A DNA stretch of 64,000 bases from Moniliella sp. 'wahieum' (taxonomy: Eukaryota): assembly GCA_003971905.1 (NCBI GenBank), contig RSEE01000092.1:124001-188000 (forward strand), read 5' to 3'. The notes beneath the pieces were generated by a model. That model worked only from the letters and a program-made list of their open reading frames with translations. It did not search any database and was not told the origin of the DNA. The translations under genes were made by a program, and so were the position numbers. Below are positions 50,500-60,113 of this stretch, piece after piece; the first letter of the stretch is position 1, and every line of letters begins with the position of its first letter.

Positions 50500-53460
50500 A
50501 ACCCCACATCCTTGTCGTGCCCAATTGAGCAGCTCACCCGAATTAACAAAGGCCTTTGCTTTTCTGTTTTAACCCTGGTTACGAAGTGAAACTGCTTACA
50601 TTTATTTACTGCAGTCATTCCATACTCTCGATAATGAGAACAGTTGCTCTAGTGTCCAGCTACCATGACGCTGTCGTTATAGGGTAGGAAGAGGAATGCA
50701 CAGTGATTGATTTGGGATGTCAGCATGCGACTTCATGAGATCGGGTGTCCATCGGGAATGACAGAAGATGACCTGTACACGGATGGTCTAAACCTGCTAT
50801 AATGCAGTATCAATAGTAAGCGATACAGACATGTCAGAGTTTAGTTTAGATCACTAAATGCAGGCGTCTTCAAAAAAGTATCGGTTAATGTGACTTGGAG
50901 TAGAACCGATCTTGCGGGTGATGCAAAATCCTGATAAAGGTGGTAGGGTTCGGGTGGAAGTGGCGACGGTGGAACGGTGGCGAAGGTAGCGACGCAGCAC
51001 CATAGCGGTTCAAAGCCCCAGCAGACCTTAGCGTTACTTTCGAAGATTAGATTGCTCGAGGTGCCCGGGTTAAATTTGTCCCCTTGAAACGATAACACAT
51101 TCAAGTCGTCTATATGGGACTGTAGTACCAGCACAGACAGCTGAATAGGTATCCCTCCAGAGCAGCTATCCATCCAAAACAGCCATAATGTTGTCACCTC
51201 ACTGACAGCACACCACCTAATGCGACGCAGAACAGGTAATGGCTTTTGTGGTATCTGTCAGGCTCTCGGATGAGTGTCATAGCTCACACCAGTGGTGACG
51301 GATGGCAAACAACCTAACATTTCGATTACAAGCGATCATCTTTTCATCAAAGCAAAATGCTGATGAGAATAAATTCGACCACGTGGTAGCAGCTACACTC
51401 AGTGAATCGAGATGGTTCCAACTGTGGCCATTAACAATATCTCTTCCGTACGTCACCCACGAATACAAGTGGCAGTGTCGCAGCTGCAGTGAAGTGACGG
51501 AAACCAAGGTTGCTTACAAACGACAGGAGGAGAGCAGAAAGACGATTACAAGGGAGCACAAGGGTCATACAAAAAAGGAAAGAGGGGGATGACTGTGATC
51601 CTACATTAAGGACATGAACGAGTTAGAAGTAAGAAATTGATCCAGGACGATGGTAATCAGGTAAATGACGCCCTTTAGCAATGACTTATTCAGAATGGTA
51701 AGTGGGCTATCGGCTCTTGCTCTGCTTGAGCAAACACAGTTACAATTTGATCCACCTGGAAGGGGGGCCCTCTTGAAGCAAGCTCACCCCTATATAAGCC
51801 GAACATGCCCAAGCTAATGTTCAAGCCCAAGACATACCATTACCGACACGAGCGGCATACTTACCATCATAAAATTGACTCCACCCACGATGGGGAAACT
51901 CGTCTCTCATAGATGGGTGAATACTTTTAGGGACAGCATATGAGGAAACGAAACATGTCCTGGCATCGTCAACGAGGCGCAATCGCTGCAGCGAGATCGG
52001 CGCAAGTGAATCGCAGAAAGCGGGGGGCGACTGCTCATCAAGCGCCCCATCCATGGCTACAGGTACAGCATTGCCAATTTATCCAGGGCAAAGAAAGAAA
52101 GATTGGAGGGAGGTGGTCACCCAATTTTCTCCACTCTTTCAACAACAAACAAAATCAAAAACGTATTAACTGATGGTTGACGCATAGCGGCCGTTCATTC
52201 CCCATACCCCACGGATCGCACTGGTACCAGGCATTTGGAACCAAATAACTACCAAACAACTACCAAACGCATCCTACTGATGCCCACTTGCTTTGGACCA
52301 CATTTACTCTTAAGTCCCTTTTTCTTTCACTACACCTATACTGGCGCTTTTTTACTTTTGTCTACCAAACGACATTGGGGCGCAATCCCTATTGTTTTTT
52401 ACTTCAAAGACTTCCAAGCCTCTGGCGGTCGCATGATGCATCAATCATGCGCTCGGCTCGTCCAGTTGTCATCCTGGACAGCAGGGGTGTTGGCCAGTAG
52501 TGTGACCGTGCACAACTCTTCCAGACAGGCTATTCGTCCCAGCAGCCACTCATATTCCTCACTCTCCACATCCTGACAGAAGATCATCAATCCACAACCC
52601 GAGGTCTCCGGGTTCCATGGCAAGCGGGGAAGCTCACTGTGATCCTCCGGCTCTCACAGCGGATCACGAAAAGACATCTTTTATGTTTAAGATGTAAATA
52701 CCTTCAACAATGTAGGAGGAGTAATTTGCCATGGGTGAGGCAATTCTGTCAGCGTGCTGCAGATCAGTGACGTCGTCGATGTCACCACCCTGAAAGTCAG
52801 ATATGTCCTCGATGTCACCCCCTTGAACATCAGAAACGTCATTGACGTGCCCGTGGGCGACGTATCTGACGAATCTGATCTTCCTATGCTCGCTCTCCCT
52901 GAGTTACTATTGCTATTACACTTTATACTACTACTCATTTTAGCACCATCAAATGCAGTGCAATCGTCTTCGAGGGTACTTTTTTGCATTGCGATGGGTC
53001 AATATGGACTTGGAGGCTTGCCATGGAGAGGTCTTTGAAATGTATAGGCGCCAAATCACTCTTCAGTCTCTGAGTCGTCTATGTGATCGTCGTCCTCGCC
53101 ATCTGTGCCCTCTGCGCCAAAGAGATTGACTGCAGTGCCTTCGATGTCCCGTGCATCCTCCTCGTCTGTTATTTATGCCCGGGTTACTGCGATGTGACGG
53201 AGGTGGGTGAGTTGTACACGGGTCGCACGCCAGGCGATACAATTTTCAGGGTAACCTTGCGGAAGATGCGTGTCCGCAATGGCCTCGAAATTCTCCCATG
53301 CACTCGTCCAGCCCAGTAGATAGCTTGCGGGGCGATGAGTGAAAAAAGTCAGATGACCTGCTGGACGACAACGGGGTGGGGACGTACTTATGATCGGACA
53401 AAGAGACAGTGATGGCACTGAAATGTCACCGCAGCGGTTGCTGCTGTTCAGACTCCGGTT
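50500..53460 (-). pseudogene. Decayed, lower-GC coding-like sequence, probably a transposon relic
   Basis: A minus-strand frame with acidic segments (TDEEDARDIEG...EDDDHIDDSETEE; QGGDIEDISDFQGGDIDD) is interrupted by in-frame stops. Visibly more AT-rich than the genes. Family not identified. Confidence 0.35.
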
Positions 53461-53468
53461 GAGCAAAC

Positions 53469-54179
53469 TGTGACGGGCGAGCGCTGGCTGGCGGGCCGGC
53501 GGAGCGCGCCGATCCCCTCTAGTCACCCCAAGTCCTTGTACTCGTCAGTGCGAGCGAACGTTGGCAGGCGGGCCAGCGGAGCTTGTACCCTCCCCCAAGT
53601 CCTAGCAGAGGCGAGAGCGCCTCTACCCCCTCCGTCTCCCTGCTCCCAAGATGACTTTGTCTCGCACCCCCGACGAAGGAAGGAAGGAGGGGCGTGCGAA
53701 TGAGAAGAGACTGTGGCTCGTACCCCCGACACTCGAAGGAAGGAGGGGCGTATGAGCAAGAACCCGTTTGAGTGGCATGCCCAACGACTGAAGGAAGGAG
53801 GGGCGTGCCGAGTATTCAAGTACCAAGCCCCCGTTCCAAGTTTGGTTCCCTCCCCCGTCGTTGGAAGAGAGGAAAGCCGCTTCCTGTAAGGGTGAGGACA
53901 CGCTTGGTGAGAAGAGGAGCGTGTTTTCACGGGCCAAGACGGGATGGAAAGCCCAGCGGCACCTATGTGCGTCCTCCGTCATCCTATTAACCCCGTCCCA
54001 GCTTGAGCTCGCTCCCAAGTCTTATTCCAAGTCCACCGCGCAGTGGTTGTGATGGTGCAAACGCCACAGCGCGATTATCAAGTCTACGTATCCAGCGACA
54101 ATAGTCGCCTTGTGCCTGAGTGAATTGAGAACCTCTCAGTTTCGTCGCTTCCCGCTCCCCCGTTGTGTTTCTTGCGACA
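53469..54179 (+). mobile_element. Putative LTR (TG...CA) with internal ~55-bp repeats
   Basis: Abrupt start TGTGACG (53469), candidate end TGCGACA (54179), TATTAA at ~53985, three GAAGGAAGGAGGGGCGT copies. No TSD found; alternative end CATGACA at 54930. Confidence 0.45.
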
Positions 54180-55381
54180 CTAGTCGCCTCGTACTTGTTG
54201 ATCTTTAGTACTTCTCTGCTCTGATAGTAACCCGAGCGACGCTAGTCGCCCCATGCCTGTTTCCCTTACCGTTCTACGTCTCCCTCTGTTGCCTTGTTTC
54301 CCTTTTAGTCCTCCTGCCTGTTAGCAATGGTTCGTGGCTTTCCCCCACGGTCCATCTTCGTCGCTTGTCCTCTTCGTCACCCCTTGTCTTTCGTCTTCGT
54401 TGCCCTTGTCTCCTTGCCTGTTCACCCCTTCACACCCTGCCCGCTTCTCGCCAATTGATTCAGTGCAGGCAACTCCTCCCGCTCTTACTCGTCTTTCTAC
54501 TCCCGGCGTAGACCGCCAGCCCTCGTCCTCAGTCCTCAGTACTCCTAGTTTCCCCCCGCCCGCGTGAGCCCTCCTCGTGCCACGCCTCGGTCCAGCCCAG
54601 TTAAGCCGCGTGTGATACTGTCCTTTGCCACGCCGTTCCCCGTCTCAGCCCAGCCTCAGTTCAGCAGCGTGGGTCCTCCGCTGCCTTCCCCTTCCCTGAT
54701 CCCGAAGGCTTCAGACACGCTACTGCCGCCCAAGCCGGTGCTACGCAGCCTTGCCACACTTGCAGCCGCCTCTGCTATACGCCGAGAGGCCTCTCCTTGT
54801 CCCTAGCCCCGCTGCGGACGCACCAACCAGCCCAAGCGCGTAACTACCGTGAGTCGTCCTTAGGACCCCAAGGGATTGTACCCCTTAAAACCCCCGGGGC
54901 GGGCTCCCTGGCGGCGCCCGCCCCATGACAATAAGCGGGCTATAAGCGCCAAGGCAGGCAAGATGTTGTTCAGACACAGCCGAGCGCACGTGAGCGCGTC
55001 TTAATTTAACAACCCCACACGCATCGCAACCCTATACCCCTATCCGGGGAGGTTACGTTACCCGGTTACGCCCCGGCGTTCCGTGTTCCTCCGGCCGTCC
55101 CGCCATCCCCCGCGAGTGCGAGCCCCAGCGAGCCCCCTCGGCGCGCGCGAGCGCATCACTTGCGACGCTCCGTCCGACCCGCCGCCCGTATCAGTCCACC
55201 ATGACTCTCCCGCGCTGACGACGGATGCATTTCTTACCACCACCATCCCTGTCTGCGTCCAGTCCCCACACATGCACCCCTCCGACCGCACGTCCTTGCC
55301 CGCAGTATAATATCCCTCCCAATCCAGACCGTCTTGCTGACACGGCTTGCCTTTTCGCCCTCGCCTTCCACAACGCCGGCG

Positions 55382-55846
55382 TCAGTGACGGGCTACGTGT
55401 GAACTGCGTTTACGGCCCGGGGCCACAGTTGTCCCACGTGCCACCACTCGTCCAGCAAGTTCAACCCAGCTGCGCCGTCCTAAGTCTCTTGATGGGCTTT
55501 CACCAAGCAGAAGGGGAGGCATGTCTTCCAGCTTGGGAGCGTCCTGCTCGTTGGCCAAGTCGGCGACACGTCTGCGTTTGCGCGCTCTCTCTTGGCACAC
55601 GTCTTTCATTGCCTGCAATTCTGATAATTTCTTGGCTTCAAGCTGTTCCCTGATCTGATGTTCGTGCAACCTCTTGGCCCTTGCGTGCTCGGCGTTGTTC
55701 TTGACGTGCCTGTAGATAGAACTCAAGAGTATCGGGGAGGAATTTTGGCACGGCACACATTTATAGCGTACGGTGTCATCGATGGTGACGGGGTACCAAT
55801 GGTTTCGGTCTCCCGGATCAAGTTCTGGGTTCTGGCGATAACGCAT
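55382..55846 (-). CDS. Small zinc-finger + coiled-coil ORF, probably the N-terminus of a transposon-encoded protein
   Basis: YKCVPCQNSSPILLSSIYRHVKNNAEH (C-x2-C-x13-H-x6-H), coiled coil, RKRRR NLS-like motif; lies inside the mobile-DNA island. Confidence 0.45.
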   Translation of the reverse strand: MRYRQNPELDPGDRNHWYPVTIDDTVRYKCVPCQNSSPILLSSIYRHVKNNAEHARAKRLHEHQIREQLEAKKLSELQAMKDVCQERARKRRRVADLANEQDAPKLEDMPPLLLGESPSRDLGRRSWVELAGRVVARGTTVAPGRKRSSHVARH

Positions 55847-55948
55847 GCCGCTGGCAGATTGTGTGATTTGGGGAGATGGAGATGGAGTCCTTGTAGGAGA
55901 GTTCCTCAGCTAGGTGAACAGGCGTCTCTGTCCGGATTGGGCTTGAAC

Positions 55949-56189
55949 TGATGAGACTTGGAGTCCGGATGGTCCTTGAGAGCTTGAGGATGATGCAATC
56001 GCACTGTGGCGGTGGTGGTGGTCTAAGCCAACCAGCAACACCTACAGAGGAACAGCAAGCAGCGAGTCGCCACCAGGGGCTAAGCTGCGGAACAAGGAAA
56101 AACAGGAGAGAGAAAACAACAGAACTCCCAGGCCTGAGGAGGAACTGAAAGGACATTGGCCAAAGCACGAGCCACCCGATGGCTCAACA
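55949..56189 (-). mobile_element. Dispersed repeat family, copy C (inverted)
   Basis: Reverse complement begins TGTTGAGCCATCGGGTGGCTCGTG and aligns with copies A and B. Confidence 0.75.
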
Positions 56190-57018
56190 TGAACTGTCTG
56201 TCCCTTTTACCTATTCTCCGCATGTCAGGCAGTAGGCAGTATGCGGGTCTTATTTCGTACGGGTGTGCGCCCGCTGAGCGTCCACCTGAGCGTGAAGGCT
56301 GAGGTTAACCGTACGCTTACTGGTGACCGGTGGCCGGGCCCGTTTTGCCGGGGGACCGGTTACCGGTTACATCTCTAATTCTACGAGGAGACCACCTTCC
56401 TACGGCCCGGCCAGCTTGCTGGCCCATCGTCGCCACCGTTCCACCGTTGCCACCGTAGAAATAATATCACCGATACTTGCTGGCTGCGGGTGGCGCGGAA
56501 CGTGGCACGCGCTAGCTTGTGTAAAAGTGTGGAGCTTTTCCTATTTCAGTATAATATGAGCTTAAGAGTGGGACAGGGAAACGCTACGCCTAAACCGGAC
56601 CGTTCATCTTCAATGCGTGTGTTGCTTGGTAGCGCCACCCTTATTATGAAGGAACCAGGGGAATCGGAAGGATATCAGGACCCTCTGGTGCTCGCCATCC
56701 GTTCCCATACCCGAGGTAGTGCGTGTAGACATGGATGAACGTGATAGACATCCGAGTGAGGAACCGTTTCCATTGAGATTCAGTAGTCAAATCCTTCCAG
56801 TGCGCACCAGACAGCCTACTCTATATTCGAGACGTCGTCACATTTTGCCACGAGTTAACAATGTATTGGTTTGTATCGTAATGCCACACGGTCAATTTGA
56901 GGGGGGGTAACTTTTATGGAAGAACAGAAAGGGATTGGGGTACCAATCAGAAAGAAACAACAACACACGAGTCAGGGTAATAGGGAGTGAAAAGTGAGTC
57001 AGAAGGACGGTGTGGTAG

Positions 57019-57182
57019 TTAGGAGTGAGTCAGGGCGGTGGTAGTAGTTAGGAGTGAGCCAGGGTCATAGGTAGTTAGGAGCGTGTCAGGGTCATAGGTA
57101 GTAAAGAGTGAACCAGGGTCATAGGTAGTTAGGAATGAGTCAGGATCGTAGGTAATTAGGAGTAAGCCCGGGTCATAGGTAG
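57019..57182 (+). repeat. 27-bp minisatellite, ~6 units, consensus TTAGGAGTGAGTCAGGGTCATAGGTAG
   Basis: Units start at 57019, 57048, 57075, 57102, 57129 and 57156; partial copies near 56970 and 57372. Confidence 0.9.
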
Positions 57183-57610
57183 TTGAATAAGAAGAAACGA
57201 TGCGAGGATGCAGAAGGCGGGAAGGATGCGTTACAGTCCAGCATCCTGGGTAGTATGGCACCGCCAGTCAGTATAGGGATCTGGATCAGTGTGTGGGGGT
57301 GATCAAGGTGAAGTAATAGGCAGGCATCAGGGTAACAAAAACCAAAAAGAGACAACAAAACGCATCCACGCGAGTCAGGGTTATAGGTAGGTAGGAGTAA
57401 GTAGAAACTGCGCGAGGACGGCTGAACAGCGGCCGGCGCAAATCCGTATGATGGCAGACGGGGGATCATGCTGACGCTGACGCACGTCCAGCACGATTCA
57501 TAAAGTAAGGGTATGCCGGAGCCGGAAGTGGGATGATGAGACGACTGGGACGACTGGGACCGGGAAATTAAACGGGGGTCGGACCGGGAATCGGACAGGG
57601 CATTATATCG

Positions 57611-57678
57611 AGACTTGGAATTGGACTTGGACTTGGACTTGGACTTGGACTTGGACTTGGACTTGGACTTGGACTTGG
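57611..57678 (+). repeat. (GGACTT)n hexamer microsatellite
   Basis: About 10-11 units seen directly. Confidence 0.92.
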
Positions 57679-58052
57679 CAAGCCTATTCACATACTGGGA
57701 GGTCAAGCTCTCAGAGATCGCGTGCGTGCGTTGAATGCGACAAGTGGGAGTACGCGCCGCACGACCCCGCCGGGCTGTGGCGTGCCAGAGGGACGGAGAA
57801 GAGGAGGGGCTCGACGCCGTCATTCAAACCGGCACGTTGCACAGGCCCATCGGATTGAAGTGAGTGAGGCGAGACGGGGGAGTGGCTAGCGGTGCGATAC
57901 ATAGAGTGAATGCGAACAATGGCTCCGTCGTCAGAGTCGGGGCTGGAACGGCGGGCAGATTCGGGGGTGGCATGTCCGACGGTGGCAGGTTTGGAGGTGT
58001 CAGGTTCGGAGGAGAGATGATACGGGGAGGAGTTGAGCACTGGCTCGAGAAG

Positions 58053-59676
58053 TCACAGGCGATGGGGCATATTCAGGTCGACCCAGGAGGGAGGCCACGA
58101 CGGTGAAGGCTTGGTCCGGGTCAAGAAGTCATCGGCACACAGCTGACAGCGCATCGCTTCCGGTATGCCCCGAATAAAAGACGAAGCCAGATAGGTCTGG
58201 TTGGAATTACCCACCAATGCGCGTTCCATGCCCATGCAGCGCTGCCAGAACATAACGAGCGACTCGGTGCGGGTATCCCATGGTTTGTTAACGGTCGAAC
58301 TCAACTCGGCGGGTGAGGGACGAGCTAAGTTCAAGTCCAAAAGCGTGAGAACGCGGGGAAGATCCCCTCGTAAGGCAGCAGCACGGAAGCTGTCGTGCTG
58401 GGTGGCTGCATCGCGAACGGCGGGGGGCACATTGGCGATGACAAAACGGGTAAGAACGTATCGCCCCAAAAATCGCGCAGATTCCAGACCCTGAAAAAAA
58501 GTCGCGCAGAGCCCACCAGGAATCACCGAAGGGCTTGAGAATGCGCGCAAGATTCGTCCGCGTCTGCTCGGGAGGCTCGTAGTTCTCGTTAGCCTCTTCC
58601 CACGGTCCGGGTGCCACCACGGGAGCGACGTCGGCTTCAAGCCACTTGGAATCCACGGGCGGAGAAGCAGTGCTTGAAGGAGGGGAGGGCTGCGGGGTGA
58701 CAATGTGCGGTAGGCGCGGCTTCGAGGAGGCGGACGCGTTACTTGCCGGGGTTTCCGATACGAACGAGGCTGGTTCACTCTGAAGAATGACCGGGGATGA
58801 CTGGGACGACATTGGCGACGTTTGGACGCGGTCGTGGGACGGGGGGACTGTGGCATCGCTGCAGCCGTCGGCAAAGTCAGTGTCGTAAAGCTCGGTGGAT
58901 TCCGTCGCTGCTGCGGCCATATCGTCTGGCTCAGACGGCGTTGAGGGCGACTGCTTCACGTGCAGCTCCAGAGCGGCGAGCGCTTCTTCGACCTCCAGGC
59001 AGCGCTCCTCAATCGTTGTGCAGTCCAACGTGAGTTGTAAGACACGGCGGGAGGTGAGCGCGATTTCCTCCGGGTCAAGGCTACAGGTGTGCTGGTGGAG
59101 GGAATCGGTCTGGGCCTCGAGGGAGGCCAGGCGCTCTTCGATCGGCTCGAGCCGGCATTCAAACGTATCCATGCGCCGGGAAAGGGATTGGAGCTGTTGT
59201 CCGTGATCCTTCAGGTCGCAAACGACCGATGCCAAGTCAATGCTATCGTTGGACGTGACCGCGTCGAGTTGCGTCTGGAGGACAGTGACTTTGCGCGCAA
59301 AGGCGGCGAAAGCAGCACCAAAGCCGTCATCCTTGTCACCAGATACGATGCTTTGGGAAGCGCTTCCGCAAAAAGACTCACAGGCGCTGGTGGTATCATT
59401 CGGCGAGGTGGGGGTGAGCATACAAGCACTGGGGGAATCGGCACGAGGCTCTTCCGGCAGCGGCGTCAGGGCGGGAGGGAGGGTAGCGGGAATTGCGAGC
59501 GTTGATCTTTGCACGTGCGCGCGCCATCTGCAGGTGGCTGGTCGGGGTGGGGCTGCTGGGGTTGGAGCTGGAGAGGAGGGAAGCGTCTGAGGAAGGCATG
59601 GAGGCGGCAAGCAAGGCAAGGGTGGTGGTGGTGGTGGGTGGTGGGGGTGGGGTGGGGTGCATTCAGGCGAGCGCAT
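58053..59676 (-). CDS. Retrotransposon Gag-like protein (coiled coil + capsid-like domain); one frameshift at the T7 run 58500-58494; no pol
   Basis: Heptad region (LQSLSRRMDTFECRLEPIEERLASLEAQ...), Ser/Pro linker, then LKPFGDSWWALRDFFQGLES...ESLVMFWQRCMGMERAL...LASSFIRGIPEAMR. This resembles the Ty3/gypsy capsid pattern (ES..Y..RF...F..GL). Confidence 0.55.
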
Positions 59677-60113
59677 GCGCTTAAGGGCCCAGGAGCTGCG
59701 AGGGGGCGGTGAGAGCGAAGTTGAAATTGCAACCACCAACACATCATCAAATTTCAAACGCGGGCGCCTCCACGTTGTTCCGCGCTGTTCCTTTCAGAGG
59801 ATGGGGATGCGTACAGGGACGGTGGTGTCTATCTGTGGGTTAGAAGCGGGGTGGCAGCAGCACCAGACTGCGCCCAACACGCCCAGTCGTGTGCGCTGGT
59901 CGTCGTGTTCCTGCTCCGAGGAACGCGCACGGCAGGTTATGAGGTGCGGGCGCCTCGATCCGGGGTGCGAAGAGCGTGTTACGTAACCTGCACGTGCCCC
60001 CGGCGCCGCGGGGGGACGCCTGGGCGGCGCGCAACACACTCGGCCCCAACCCACCTCCGCCACGGCCGAGCTGCCCCCCCTCCGCCACCGCCACCGCCGC
60101 CTCCCCCCCCGCC

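Noticed and set aside
53679..53806. CRISPR array
   Set aside because: Eukaryotic context, only three 17-bp non-palindromic repeats, spacers partly similar to each other, and no cas genes.
58494..58500. Programmed ribosomal frameshift at the T7 run in the gag-like ORF
   Set aside because: It falls inside the predicted capsid domain rather than at a gag-pol junction, and homopolymer indels occur throughout this assembly.
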